Of a stretch of DNA of 64,000 nt, positions 1 through 10,680 are shown one piece after another (within the stretch, counting starts at the first letter, position 1; every line of letters starts with the position of its first letter). The notes under the pieces are model-generated. The model was not told where the DNA came from. It made no database searches and was given only the letters and a program-made list of their open reading frames with translations. A program made the position numbers and the translations under genes. This DNA is from a virus: positions 64,001 to 128,000 of the IMG/VR virus record IMGVR_UViG_3300042731_009106. One strand, written 5' to 3'.

Positions 1-2
1 CT

Positions 3-290
3 AGAAATACAAGCAGCAGTCCAACCGTTTTTCAAAGAGATTGCGGCTGCCAAATTAGCTGGCAGACAAGTGACATGGTCTTCGTGCAAGATGTTTGCGG
101 GTTTGATTTACTCATGAATGAGTCAGATTTCAGAGACTTTTCTCGTCTTAGACTACCTTATGTTTATACTGACAAAAGTTTATACAGTGACAGCAATTGG
201 GAAAAATCATTAGACGAAGATTTGATGCTGAATGTTCTTAGTGAGAATATACAGACTGATATTTACGGTGAAGACTTTTTAGTATTTTAA
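3..290 (+). CDS. Hypothetical protein, 5'-partial
   Basis: Frame 3 is open from the window edge through the listed ORF 75..290. Confidence 0.6.
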   Translation, partial: RNTSSSPTVFQRDCGCQISWQTSDMVFVQDVCGFDLLMNESDFRDFSRLRLPYVYTDKSLYSDSNWEKSLDEDLMLNVLSENIQTDIYGEDFLVF

Positions 291-292
291 TT

Positions 293-1240
293 ATGTCAAG
301 ACTTAAAGAAATTTTATCTAATTCAAAATATACCAGTTATGCTGTAGGTATAGGCGACCCAGATTTTAGTGACCTGAGATCTTTAATATCTTCATCTAAT
401 ATAGAAAACGCTTACTCCCATTTAGGGAACCATTTTGTAGGAAGAAGCAAATCCAATCCAAACAACCTTAGAACTCAGAAATCTCAATATAAATCTAAAT
501 CAAATTTGCGAAATGTATTCCACGGTTTTCTTGGTGGGATAGGAGAAGGGGGAACGTTCCCCTTCGTTTTCGATATCCCACAATTCAATCTTTTGTCTAA
601 TTCGGAAAGGGTAGAAATCTTAGGCTCAAAAGCTCAATATGTAGATAACACAAAACCAAATGATACTACCTTTATAGCTATTGGTGAGCAATTTAGAAAC
701 TCTACATTTGATGAAAATTTCTTAAATGAACATTCTTTTAGAATTTTTATATCGAATATCGTATCTAAAGATAAATATATACAGTTCCCTAGATTAAAAG
801 TTTTTGATGCGGACACTATAGTTACTCACAATCAGTCAGATCATAAAGTTATTGAAATCAAAAATGAAGCAGTCTATGTTTATCCGGGAAAATACAAAAG
901 ATGCTTGAAGGTAAATACTTGTTCTGCTGGAATCAAAAATATGGATAAAAATTTTTCAATGAGTGGAGAGGTTAAAGCTGTTGACGATAACTCTAGGGGT
1001 AGGTGCATCCGAATGGCTTCCACATTCTTACAAAGCTTTGGTAAATTTCGTGGCTCTGGCTTTACTAATTTAGTTAGAAATCATGGTTATGGGTTAGGGG
1101 ATGGAGGTTACCCTCAGTTAGCTGTATATATGGAAGATAGCGTAGGAAAACTTGGCTTAGATAATGTGGATCACACTTTTTTTAAAAAATTCACTGAAGA
1201 TCCAGACGACTATACATGGAATAACAAAACTCCTAATTAA
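293..1240 (+). CDS. Hypothetical protein (315 aa)
   Basis: Long ORF, no recognised motif. Confidence 0.7.
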   Translation: MSRLKEILSNSKYTSYAVGIGDPDFSDLRSLISSSNIENAYSHLGNHFVGRSKSNPNNLRTQKSQYKSKSNLRNVFHGFLGGIGEGGTFPFVFDIPQFNLLSNSERVEILGSKAQYVDNTKPNDTTFIAIGEQFRNSTFDENFLNEHSFRIFISNIVSKDKYIQFPRLKVFDADTIVTHNQSDHKVIEIKNEAVYVYPGKYKRCLKVNTCSAGIKNMDKNFSMSGEVKAVDDNSRGRCIRMASTFLQSFGKFRGSGFTNLVRNHGYGLGDGGYPQLAVYMEDSVGKLGLDNVDHTFFKKFTEDPDDYTWNNKTPN

Positions 1241-1252
1241 ACAAATTTATTG

Positions 1253-1281
1253 TTGACTTTTTAATATAATTGCCATAGAAT
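1253..1281 (+). promoter_or_regulatory. Sigma70-like (early) promoter
   Basis: TTGACT-17-TAGAAT upstream of ATG 1294. Confidence 0.7.
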
Positions 1282-1293
1282 AGTCTGATATTT

Positions 1294-1626
1294 ATGGCCC
1301 ACTTAAACAAAAAGCAAATTGTACTTAGGCTAATCACGCCACCAAAATCACCTAAAGGTCCATATTGGTCAAGAGAGTATAAAATTCTTAATTCATTAAT
1401 GGAAAAGTATCCTGATAAGAAATTTTGGGACTTACTTAAATTCAATGAAGGCTGGGATTCTTTAGTTATTTTTCAATCTGATTTCGGTAAGGAACTATTA
1501 GAACGAAAGTACAAGGAGTGGAACTATAAAATTAAAGAAAGTAAAAAATTTGAGTTGACAAAAAAGATAGGACCTGATATCATTATAGATCGTAAGCCAA
1601 AAAACCTTAGACAATTTTTATCATGA
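1294..1626 (+). CDS. Hypothetical basic protein
   Basis: 110 aa ORF whose stop overlaps the recA start (ATGA). Confidence 0.75.
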   Translation: MAHLNKKQIVLRLITPPKSPKGPYWSREYKILNSLMEKYPDKKFWDLLKFNEGWDSLVIFQSDFGKELLERKYKEWNYKIKESKKFELTKKIGPDIIIDRKPKNLRQFLS

Positions 1627-2720
1627 GCAAAACATTAGATCAAATTAATAAATTCCTTTCCGACAAAGATAATAAAAAATACCACTTCAATGATTTCAAT
1701 GAAGATGAATATAAAATATCAAGTGGTAGTTTAAATCTGGATTTAGCCTTGGGTGGTGGACTTCCAGCTGGAGCCCATAGATTTACAGGAATTAACGAAG
1801 GCGGCAAAACTAGCTGTGCATTGACTGTAGCCAAAAACTTTCAAAGTCATTTCGGCAAAGATGGCATGGTTGTGATAGTAAAATCAGAAGGAAGGTTAAG
1901 TCCTGAAATGCTAAAGAGAACAGGAGTAGATCTTGATCCAGAAAAGTTTTTTATTCTTGATTGCAATATTTTTGAAAAAGTTTTTGAGTTTATTAGAGAC
2001 TTGGTTTTTAATAACGAAGATAACAAAAAATATATGTTCATTATTGATAGTGTTGATGCTCTTTGCAGAATGAATGATATTGACAAACCATTTAGTGAAA
2101 GCGAACAAGTGGCTGGTGGAGCATTAGTCACATCTGTTTTTCTTAAAAAGATGGTTTTACCTATCACTAAAATGGGGCACATGATGATACTAACTTCTCA
2201 AGTTAGAGTAGAAGTTGCCGCAAATCCTTATGCAGCAAGAGGTGGTCCAAAGGTTAAGCAAGCTGGTGGTAATGCAATTAAGCATTATGCTAATTTCATT
2301 TTAGAGTTTGAAGAAAGGTATACTAATGACATTATGTGGGAAAATGCATCTGCCTCTAAGATCGAAGATAAAGGTAATCCCATAGGTCATTATTGCAAGA
2401 TTCGTTTTCGCAAAAGTGTCAACGAAAAGACTGGAGCTCAAGTTCGCTATCCTATTCGCTACGGTAGAACAGATGGTAATTCTGTATGGCTAGAGAAAGA
2501 AATTATAGACATGATGTATTTATGGGGTTATATCGAAAAGAAAGGTGCATGGATATCTTTCGATGAAGATATTCTAAAAGATTTATCTGATAAAAAAATT
2601 GAGTGTCCAGAAAAAATACAAGGTGATAATAAATTACTTGAATTAATAGAAACTAATGGAAGTTTAAAAGACTATTTTTACAATACTATACATGACATCT
2701 TCCAAAATGAAAAAGAATAA
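1623..2720 (+). CDS. recA: RecA/UvsX-like recombinase
   Basis: ISSGSLNLDLALGGGLP, P-loop GINEGGKT, IIDSVDAL, GGNAIKHYA. Confidence 0.93.
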   Translation: MSKTLDQINKFLSDKDNKKYHFNDFNEDEYKISSGSLNLDLALGGGLPAGAHRFTGINEGGKTSCALTVAKNFQSHFGKDGMVVIVKSEGRLSPEMLKRTGVDLDPEKFFILDCNIFEKVFEFIRDLVFNNEDNKKYMFIIDSVDALCRMNDIDKPFSESEQVAGGALVTSVFLKKMVLPITKMGHMMILTSQVRVEVAANPYAARGGPKVKQAGGNAIKHYANFILEFEERYTNDIMWENASASKIEDKGNPIGHYCKIRFRKSVNEKTGAQVRYPIRYGRTDGNSVWLEKEIIDMMYLWGYIEKKGAWISFDEDILKDLSDKKIECPEKIQGDNKLLELIETNGSLKDYFYNTIHDIFQNEKE

Positions 2721-3966
2721 AATCTTTATTTCGATAGCTAGTTATCGAGATCCCCAGCTCATACCAACTATAGAAAATTGTATAAAGAATGCTAAAAATC
2801 CTAAAAATTTAGTGTTTGGAATCTTAAGGCAATACAATAAAAAAGATGGCTTTGATGATCTTTCTGACTATAAGAGTAAAACAAACTTCAGGATTAAAGA
2901 AATGCTCTCTCACAAGAGCAAAGGGGTATGCCATTCCAGATACCAAATACAAACTATGTATGATGGAGAAGAATTTTATTTACAGTTAGACTCACATCAC
3001 AGATTCATTAAAGATTGGGATACTAAACTAAAACAAACATTATCTTCCCTTAAGAAGTCGGGCAGCAAAAAACCTATACTAACAGGTTACTTGCCTTCTT
3101 TCGATCCAGATGTAGAAGGAGAAGCTAGATTAAACGATGTATGGCGTCAATACATTGATCGCTTTCAACCCGAAGGTCCAATCTTTATTTTTCCCGAAAC
3201 TATACCTAATTGGCAAAGAAAAAAGCCTGAAAAAGCTAGGTTCCTTAGTGGTCATTTTATTTTTAGCTATGGAGACTTTGTGACTAATGTTCCATATGAT
3301 CCAAAACTTTATTTCCATGGAGAAGAAAGCTCTTTAGCTGTCAGGGCATATACTCATGGCTATGATTTGTATCATTTGCATAGACCTTGGGTTTGGCATC
3401 ATTATGGCAGAGATAATTATGCTAGACACTGGGATGATGAATCAGTTTGGGGCGACTTAAACAAACAAAGCTTTCTTCGCTATAAAACTTTACTTGGAAT
3501 GGATGGTATTCGCAGAAAGCATATACCAAAATACGGTCTGGGTAAAGTTAGGTCACTTAGTGATTATGAATCTTATGCTGGTATTAGATTTAAAGATCGT
3601 CAAATCCATCAAGCTGCATTCGACAGAACCCCACCCCCAGTTAAACTAAAAAAGGGTGAAAAAATAGAAGATAAATTTGTTTCTCAATTTAAGTATTGCA
3701 TAGATCTACATAAACCAAATTTCCCAGAAAATGATTATGATGTTTGGGCAATTGCATTCAAAGATAAGAATGGTAATGAAATGATTAGGTTGGATGCTGG
3801 GGAAGAAGAAATAGCCAGACTTCAAAACGAAAATCCTAAAGATGATTTTATAAGGCTATGGAGACAGTTTGAAACTTCAGAGCTTCCATCTAGTTGGTTG
3901 ATCTGGCCTCACAGTAAAAGTAAGGACTGGATGAATATTGTAGAAGGGACTGTGCCAGTATTATGA
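2692..3966 (+). CDS. GT60-like (Skp1-hydroxyproline/polypeptide) GlcNAc transferase with extra C-terminal domain
   Basis: IFISIASYRD, LQLDSHHRF, FHGEE-RAYTHGYDL motifs typical of the GlcNAc/GT60 family. Confidence 0.8.
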   Translation: MTSSKMKKNKIFISIASYRDPQLIPTIENCIKNAKNPKNLVFGILRQYNKKDGFDDLSDYKSKTNFRIKEMLSHKSKGVCHSRYQIQTMYDGEEFYLQLDSHHRFIKDWDTKLKQTLSSLKKSGSKKPILTGYLPSFDPDVEGEARLNDVWRQYIDRFQPEGPIFIFPETIPNWQRKKPEKARFLSGHFIFSYGDFVTNVPYDPKLYFHGEESSLAVRAYTHGYDLYHLHRPWVWHHYGRDNYARHWDDESVWGDLNKQSFLRYKTLLGMDGIRRKHIPKYGLGKVRSLSDYESYAGIRFKDRQIHQAAFDRTPPPVKLKKGEKIEDKFVSQFKYCIDLHKPNFPENDYDVWAIAFKDKNGNEMIRLDAGEEEIARLQNENPKDDFIRLWRQFETSELPSSWLIWPHSKSKDWMNIVEGTVPVL

Positions 3967-5225
3967 GCTCTATATATGTACAAATAGCTGCCTACAGAGA
4001 TCCTGATGTAGTTAATACATTAAAAGATATAGTTAAGCAGTCAAGCAAAAAACATAAAATTGTAATCAATATAATTGATCAATATTCTCCAGATGATAAT
4101 TTTTACGATATTGAAAAAACATTTAAACATTTAAAGTGCAATGCCTTTGCTAGCTTAAAATATAAAAAAATTCTTTATACAGAAACTAAAGGGGTTTGCT
4201 GGGTTAGGCATTTATTAAACGAGGATTATTCTGGGGAAGACTTCACCCTCCAATTAGACTCTCATCATAGGTTTGAAAAAAATTGGGATACGACTTTAAT
4301 ATCTATGCTGGATTCACTTTGTGATGCTGGTTACAAAAAACCTTTACTTACAACATACTGCCCCGGATATCTAACTAGCGACGAAACAAAATATCCATTT
4401 GCAACACAAATGGATTTTGACAGATTCACCCCAGAAGGCGCAGTATTTTTTAGCTCTGGGATCATCCCAAACTGGGAAAACAAAAAGCTTCCAGTACCAT
4501 CTAGATTCATTAGTGGTCATATGATTTTCGTGCAAGGATCTTTCTGCAAAGAAGTTCCATATGATCCTTATTATTTATTCCACGGAGAAGAAATTAATCT
4601 CACGGTACGAGCTTATACTCATGGTTATGATTTATTCCATCCACATAAGCCTGTAGTTTATCACGAATATTCTCGAAGTCATCGCCCTAAAAAGTGCTGG
4701 GATGACGACCCACAATGGGGTCTTAAAAATGATAAATCTCACTTACGTAACAGAAAATTCTTTCAAATGGATGGAGAGAAAAAAGATATAGACTTCGGAA
4801 AATATGATCTCGGAACAGTTAGAACGATAGAGCAGTACGAAGAATATAGCGGCGTTAGAATGAGAAGTCGCTCAGTACAACAATATACTATTGACTTGCA
4901 TCACGCACCTAACCCAGTTCATATGTCTGATGATGATTATGAATCTTCTTTTTTACCTATCTTTAAACACTGTATTGATTTGTCTTATGAGATCGTACCC
5001 TTAAATGATTATACTTTTTGGTGCGTAGCCTTCAAAGATAAAGACGGTAATGATATTTACAGGCAAGATGCTAACAAAGAAGAAATTCATAAAATGAAAA
5101 ATGACCCTGATGGTTATTGTAAATTATGGAGATCTTTTCCCTCTCCACAGAAACCTCATAGCTGGCTAGTATGGCCTCACAGCGAAAGCGAAGGTTGGCT
5201 TGAACCAATTACAGGCTACCTTTAA
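3963..5225 (+). CDS. GT60-like GlcNAc transferase, tandem paralog
   Basis: IYVQIAAYRD, LQLDSHHRF, FHGEE-RAYTHGYDL; shares C-terminal WxxAFKDKxGN/WLxWPHS domain with upstream gene. Confidence 0.8.
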   Translation: MSSIYVQIAAYRDPDVVNTLKDIVKQSSKKHKIVINIIDQYSPDDNFYDIEKTFKHLKCNAFASLKYKKILYTETKGVCWVRHLLNEDYSGEDFTLQLDSHHRFEKNWDTTLISMLDSLCDAGYKKPLLTTYCPGYLTSDETKYPFATQMDFDRFTPEGAVFFSSGIIPNWENKKLPVPSRFISGHMIFVQGSFCKEVPYDPYYLFHGEEINLTVRAYTHGYDLFHPHKPVVYHEYSRSHRPKKCWDDDPQWGLKNDKSHLRNRKFFQMDGEKKDIDFGKYDLGTVRTIEQYEEYSGVRMRSRSVQQYTIDLHHAPNPVHMSDDDYESSFLPIFKHCIDLSYEIVPLNDYTFWCVAFKDKDGNDIYRQDANKEEIHKMKNDPDGYCKLWRSFPSPQKPHSWLVWPHSESEGWLEPITGYL

Positions 5226-5875
5226 TGGTTTCTTTTAAACATAATTATATATTTGTACATATTCCAAAGTGCGCTGGTACTTCTATAGAGCAAGCTTTAA
5301 TTAAAAATGAAGATAAGCCCTTAGATTTCGACAAGTTATTGCTGCCAAACAATAAAGGCATACCTTCTTCGCATAAAGCTTTTAAAGAATACTATGAAGT
5401 CCCCCAACACTATACATTACAAACTATACATGATATACTTTGCGATCAAGGTCATTTAGATTTTTTTAATCAAGCTTTTATTTTTGCTGTTGTCAGAAAT
5501 CCATTAGATAGAATAAGATCCTCTTCCTCATATCTTACTAAAACTTTTAAAACACAATACAACATAGCCTCTTTACTTCATCACAAAAATATAGGAAACC
5601 ATAGGTTTGATTTAAATCAATATGACTGGTTGACAGTTAATAATAAATTTAAAGTTAATAAAATTATTCATTTTGAAAACTTGTCAGAAGGCCTTAACTT
5701 TGTTTCAAATAAACTATCTCTGTCTATAGATTTACCAAAACATAAATTTGAATCAAGTGGCGGCAACTTTTCGGTAAATGACTCTCCAAGAGTTCGGACT
5801 TTAGTGTATAATAAATACATCAAAGATTACAAAGAATTTAATTATGAACATCCAGTTAAAGTCTCAAGCCTTTAA
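5225..5875 (+). CDS. Sulfotransferase family 2 protein
   Basis: 5'-PSB HIPKCAGTS and 3'-PB VRNPLDR. Confidence 0.85.
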   Translation: MVSFKHNYIFVHIPKCAGTSIEQALIKNEDKPLDFDKLLLPNNKGIPSSHKAFKEYYEVPQHYTLQTIHDILCDQGHLDFFNQAFIFAVVRNPLDRIRSSSSYLTKTFKTQYNIASLLHHKNIGNHRFDLNQYDWLTVNNKFKVNKIIHFENLSEGLNFVSNKLSLSIDLPKHKFESSGGNFSVNDSPRVRTLVYNKYIKDYKEFNYEHPVKVSSL

Positions 5876-6665
5876 AAATATAAACAGCCCTCTTTCCTTA
5901 AATTTAAACGCAGAAAATCATTGGGCTCCACCTGAAAATAAAAATGATTACTGCATCTTAACTGATAACAATTGTTTTAATAATAATTTAATCAATAGTA
6001 TCTCTTGTAAAAAAATTGCATGGCTGGTTGAGCCCCCAATTATAAATGGAGAAAACTATGTTAAAATGAAAAACTTTCAGCATAAAAAATTTGATTATGT
6101 TTTCGGAAGCATCACACACCATCACTATACCAACATTCCTAATTATAAATATTTTGCTCATGGAGGAACAGTTCACAGGGAAGAAGATATAAAGATTTGG
6201 GAAAAAAGTAAATTGCTTAGCATGATTTTCTCAAAAAAGAAATGGAATAATGGGCATAGACATAGACACCACATCTACAATACCATAAAAAAGTCGCATG
6301 ACTTTGATGCGTTTGGTTGTGGAGTTGGTAATAGAATTAAATACAAGATAGGAGGACTCAAAGATTATATGTTTTCAATAGCTATGGAAAACTGTATGGA
6401 AGGAGATTATTTTACGGAGAAAATTATTGACTGTTTTTTAACTGGAACTATTCCCATTTATTATGGTACTCGAAATATAAAAAATTATTTTAACATGAAA
6501 GGCATTCTTTGGTTTAGGGGTACTGATGACATAAATAAAATTTTAAATAGAATCAACAAAGAATTATATCTAGAAAAATTAGATGCCATTAAAGAAAATT
6601 TTCAAATAGCACAAGATTACATACGGACAGGAGAAAGGCTTAAAAAATTAATTAATGATTTATGA
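5844..6665 (+). CDS. GT10-like alpha-1,3/4-fucosyltransferase
   Basis: YMFSIAMEN-DYFTEKI-GTIPIYYG fucosyltransferase motif. Confidence 0.8.
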   Translation: MNIQLKSQAFKNINSPLSLNLNAENHWAPPENKNDYCILTDNNCFNNNLINSISCKKIAWLVEPPIINGENYVKMKNFQHKKFDYVFGSITHHHYTNIPNYKYFAHGGTVHREEDIKIWEKSKLLSMIFSKKKWNNGHRHRHHIYNTIKKSHDFDAFGCGVGNRIKYKIGGLKDYMFSIAMENCMEGDYFTEKIIDCFLTGTIPIYYGTRNIKNYFNMKGILWFRGTDDINKILNRINKELYLEKLDAIKENFQIAQDYIRTGERLKKLINDL

Positions 6666-7645
6666 TTTACAATGCTTGTGTTCCTCAACTAAAAATAGCA
6701 GATATTTTTAGGTCAAATAATTTATTGGTGATCTGCTTTTACTGTGGTGAACCTAAAGATATATTAGTTAATAAAACATCAAGCTGCAAAAAAATTATAT
6801 GCCCAGAAGGTTTCAGTAGTTTATTGTTTTTTGACATAAAAGAATCCACTAAATATTATATATCACACAAAAATACTGAGTACTGCGTTGGCGCAAATGT
6901 CTACAAGGATCATAAAAGAAAATTCACCCTTTCAACAATGGTTAAAAATGAAGATGATTACATTATTCCTTGGATAAAATTTCACCAATCAATTGGCTTT
7001 GAACATTTTGTAATATATGATAATAGTCAGGTGTCGGACAAAACTTCTTGGACATCCTCAAGTGACAAAAGTGATTTAAAACTTGTTCTTAAAGATTATG
7101 TAGATAACGGTCTAGTTACTTTAATTAACTGGGATGTACCAAAAAGAATAAATGGCAGACTTTATGGTCAAGCTAGTCAACAAACTCATTCGTTGCATGC
7201 ATTTTCAAAATCAAATTACATTTGTTATATTGACATAGATGAATATATAAATTTAAAAAAAGACAAAAATATAAATGAATTTATACAATCTATCAATACA
7301 GACAAAAAAATTAATTGCTTTTGTTTTCGCAGCCGTTTATTCCATAACTCTAAAAATAAAAGTGAAGACCCTTCTGACTTCTTGCTTATTGATACGTGTG
7401 ACGCTGTACTCGATGGGGCTAGAAGAAAGTCCATCGTAAAAACTAAATCGATTAACACCTTTGCCATTCATTCCCCAACCTCTGCATCCACAAGGTATAT
7501 TATCCCAAAGGGCTTAGCCTACATTAATCACTATTTTTTTCTGAATAAAAATTATAGAGGGAGAGATTCTGCTAAATATGTAGACAAAAGCATTCTAAGA
7601 CATATTATAAATAATGAAAATATTAATAGTTGTACTGGCTTGTAA
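6662..7645 (+). CDS. GT92/GT2-like glycosyltransferase
   Basis: TMVKNEDDYIIPWIKFH-GFEHFVIYDNS, YIDIDEY. Confidence 0.75.
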   Translation: MIYNACVPQLKIADIFRSNNLLVICFYCGEPKDILVNKTSSCKKIICPEGFSSLLFFDIKESTKYYISHKNTEYCVGANVYKDHKRKFTLSTMVKNEDDYIIPWIKFHQSIGFEHFVIYDNSQVSDKTSWTSSSDKSDLKLVLKDYVDNGLVTLINWDVPKRINGRLYGQASQQTHSLHAFSKSNYICYIDIDEYINLKKDKNINEFIQSINTDKKINCFCFRSRLFHNSKNKSEDPSDFLLIDTCDAVLDGARRKSIVKTKSINTFAIHSPTSASTRYIIPKGLAYINHYFFLNKNYRGRDSAKYVDKSILRHIINNENINSCTGL

Positions 7646-8321
7646 ATCCTCACAAGATTACAGAGATCTTGATGACTGTGGTAGAAGCACTTGGGGGAAT
7701 ATCGCTAACTCCAACCCTAACATAGTTGATGTTCTTCATACTTATGCCGTTCCATCTCCATCCGCACGTGATCCTTTGGTTAGGCGTGAAGGTAACGACA
7801 TCATCGTAAACATAAAAGAAGAATATGACAACACTTCCAGAAAAAACATTGATACTTTAATTTACATTAACAAACATTACCCTGATATAGATTATGTTTA
7901 TAGGACTAATTTATCTTCATATATAAACATTGATAACTTAGTTAAATATTTATCAACTGCACCCAGAACAGGATTTTACTCTGGCCAAAGGCGAAGTGCT
8001 CCTTATCAAAATTTTAAATTCGCTTCTGGTAGTGGATTTACTATGTCTCGTGATGTTGTTGACTTAGTTGCTCAGAATAAAGATAATATTAACTTAAGAG
8101 CTCCAGATGATCTACCTTTAGGTAGGTTCCTGCACCAGTCTAACATTGAATTTACTCATTTAGATTGGCATAGGATGAATAACACATTCAGCAATACAGA
8201 CTTTAATAATTTTCCCAAAGATAGGCCTCAATACCGGTTAAGAACTTACCCTAAGTTTGGTGGAGACAGGAGAGAAGATGTCAAAAAAATGAAACACCTG
8301 CATAATATATTTTATGAATGA
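7614..8321 (+). CDS. GT31-like galactosyltransferase
   Basis: YRTNLSSYI, FASGSGFTMSRDVV, PDDLPLG. Confidence 0.6.
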   Translation: MKILIVVLACKSSQDYRDLDDCGRSTWGNIANSNPNIVDVLHTYAVPSPSARDPLVRREGNDIIVNIKEEYDNTSRKNIDTLIYINKHYPDIDYVYRTNLSSYINIDNLVKYLSTAPRTGFYSGQRRSAPYQNFKFASGSGFTMSRDVVDLVAQNKDNINLRAPDDLPLGRFLHQSNIEFTHLDWHRMNNTFSNTDFNNFPKDRPQYRLRTYPKFGGDRREDVKKMKHLHNIFYE

Positions 8322-9057
8322 TAATATTGTAATTACTGCTGCAAATTCACCATATTTTAATAGCTTAAAAACATTAATTGCAAGTCTTCACAGAACTTCA
8401 TACGAAGTAGTTGATAAAATTTATGTATTCGATCTTGGGCTTACCAAGAAACAAAGAGAAGCTATCTCTAAATGCTTAAAGACAGAAGTCGTTGACCTAC
8501 CAACTAATATAGATTCTGAACCAAAACAACATGTCTATAAACCGTTCTGTGTCCATTGGGGCACCAACTTGGCCAAGAATGTACTTTGGTTAGATGCTGG
8601 AGTTATGGCTCTTCAATCAATTCAAGAAATTTATAACATCATTGAATCCGAAGGTATATTTTTAGTTGGAGATAAACATTTAAATAAAAAATTCACTCAT
8701 GATAAATGCATTGAAATCATGAATGCGACCAAGCAAGAATTAAATGACAAACAACTTTCGTCAGGCATTCTGGGATTTAAATCGAATGGGAACTATCAAC
8801 AACTCATTAACGAAGCATTCCATTTCTCTACTATTAATGGATGTGTTTCCGGCAACCAACAAAGACACCGACATGATCAAAGCGTTTATTCCATCTTAGC
8901 TTCTAGGTACAACTGTAAACGTTATAACATTTTGCGTTATGGATACTTTACCAATCAAGATAGAAATTTATCAACCGCTAGACAAGCCGATGCAGTTATC
9001 TTTGTACATAGAGCTGGGCACAATGATTTTAAAGGTTTAAACAGAATCCCCTCATGA
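8314..9057 (+). CDS. GT-A fold glycosyltransferase (DUF1647/GT8-like)
   Basis: ITAAN-YF, VFDLGL, VLWLDAG, RHRHDQSVYSIL. Confidence 0.6.
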   Translation: MNDNIVITAANSPYFNSLKTLIASLHRTSYEVVDKIYVFDLGLTKKQREAISKCLKTEVVDLPTNIDSEPKQHVYKPFCVHWGTNLAKNVLWLDAGVMALQSIQEIYNIIESEGIFLVGDKHLNKKFTHDKCIEIMNATKQELNDKQLSSGILGFKSNGNYQQLINEAFHFSTINGCVSGNQQRHRHDQSVYSILASRYNCKRYNILRYGYFTNQDRNLSTARQADAVIFVHRAGHNDFKGLNRIPS

Positions 9058-9767
9058 ATTTAAATAAAATTAAAAAATTTGTCATTAATTTAGATGACAG
9101 AACAGACAGAATGGTTAATGTTAAAAAAGAATTTGATTTCATCGGTTGGGACTTTGAAAGATTTTCTGCAGTCAACACTAATTCCTTTAAAGGTTGCGGC
9201 TTAAGTCACCAAGAAATCGCCCAAAAAGCCATTGATGAAGATTTGGATTATTACATGGTGTTTGAAGATGATGTATTTTTCATGCCCTATTTCCACGAAA
9301 AATTAAACCTATACATGGAAGAGTTAAGTAAGGTTGATTGGGATATGTTTCACTTTGGTCCAGCATTTCACATCAAAACAAAGTTCCCTGATTCAAACTT
9401 AATACATCTCAGTAAAGATATCGAAGCAAAAACACCAAAAGATCGTGGAATCTTTTGCACACAAGCCATGTTTATTAAGAAGAGTTTGTTTCATGAACTA
9501 TTTAAATGGGATAAAGTTACAGACAAATGGAAAAATCCCGGCTGTCAGCAACCAGTTGACATGTTCTTTTCGGAATATATATACAAAAATTTTAATTGTT
9601 ACTGCGGAAATTTTCCATTAGCCACTCAATTAGCTGATTACTCCACAATTAATAAGGGGGTCTACAATGTACATTACATTATTACATACAATTGGCAAGG
9701 CTGTGTAAACAAAAACTTCCCCAAAAGATACATGAATATTCAAAATTGTTTAAATGAAAGAAAATAA
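9054..9767 (+). CDS. GT25 family glycosyltransferase
   Basis: VINLDDRTDR, GCGLSH, MVFEDD. Confidence 0.8.
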   Translation: MNLNKIKKFVINLDDRTDRMVNVKKEFDFIGWDFERFSAVNTNSFKGCGLSHQEIAQKAIDEDLDYYMVFEDDVFFMPYFHEKLNLYMEELSKVDWDMFHFGPAFHIKTKFPDSNLIHLSKDIEAKTPKDRGIFCTQAMFIKKSLFHELFKWDKVTDKWKNPGCQQPVDMFFSEYIYKNFNCYCGNFPLATQLADYSTINKGVYNVHYIITYNWQGCVNKNFPKRYMNIQNCLNERK

Positions 9768-10680
9768 AGCCACACTAGTTACATCTTTATATAATCATGG
9801 CCCTAACGAAATCATGGGTGGCAGGGGCTGGGCTTTCCCTTTTTATGCGCCACCCTTTAGAAATATTTTAAATCTTGGCTTACCTATTATTATATATACA
9901 GATACTAAAATGTTCGGCCCAGTTACATCATTCATGAAAGAATACTGCAAGACTCCTTATAAAATCATAGAAGAGCCCTTGACAGATTTTAAGTTCTCTA
10001 AAAAAATATTAAAAATAAAAGAAGCTAGTGGTCACTTTAAAGATGGAAAATTAATAAAAGGCTCTGGAATAGTCAACGATAGAAATACTCATTTATGTTT
10101 ATCTAAAATTTATTGGCTCACAAGATCTGCTTCTAAAAATTATTTTAACTCAAAAAAGTTTTACTGGATTGATGCAGGGTTATTTCATCATGGGATTTTT
10201 CCAGAAAAATATGGAGGAATGGAAAGGTTGACTAAAAAATTCAAAGACTCATCTTATTATTATCCTGAATATGAGAACACTATTTTTAATCCTTCTATGG
10301 GGCAATTTTTAACAAACAAGATAAATAAGTTCTTAGCTCTTGTACACACAGGCATGCCAACCGCACCGAGTATCGACGCTTTACTGGATATTGGCAAGCC
10401 TAAAGTTGGCTACATTGTTGGTGGACTGTTTGGTGGAACCTATAATTACATAAAGAAAGTTTGCACTGATTTTGACAAAGGCTTGGAAATTGTTTTGGGC
10501 AACGATCAATTAGTTCTTGAAGAAAATTTATTATCTTCTGTTTCTGCTTATAACAAAGATTATTATGAAGTATTTAAATTTGATCAATGGCATCATGATG
10601 TTGAAGGAGAGCCTTGTTATTATGGTGCGAGCTCTAAAATTAAATCTTTTTACAAAGTATTCAAAGATGACTTCCAATAA
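9754..10680 (+). CDS. HtrL/YibB-like glycosyltransferase
   Basis: TLVTSLY, SKIYWL-NYFNSKKFYWIDAGL, GGLFGG, EENLL. Confidence 0.65.
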   Translation: MKENKATLVTSLYNHGPNEIMGGRGWAFPFYAPPFRNILNLGLPIIIYTDTKMFGPVTSFMKEYCKTPYKIIEEPLTDFKFSKKILKIKEASGHFKDGKLIKGSGIVNDRNTHLCLSKIYWLTRSASKNYFNSKKFYWIDAGLFHHGIFPEKYGGMERLTKKFKDSSYYYPEYENTIFNPSMGQFLTNKINKFLALVHTGMPTAPSIDALLDIGKPKVGYIVGGLFGGTYNYIKKVCTDFDKGLEIVLGNDQLVLEENLLSSVSAYNKDYYEVFKFDQWHHDVEGEPCYYGASSKIKSFYKVFKDDFQ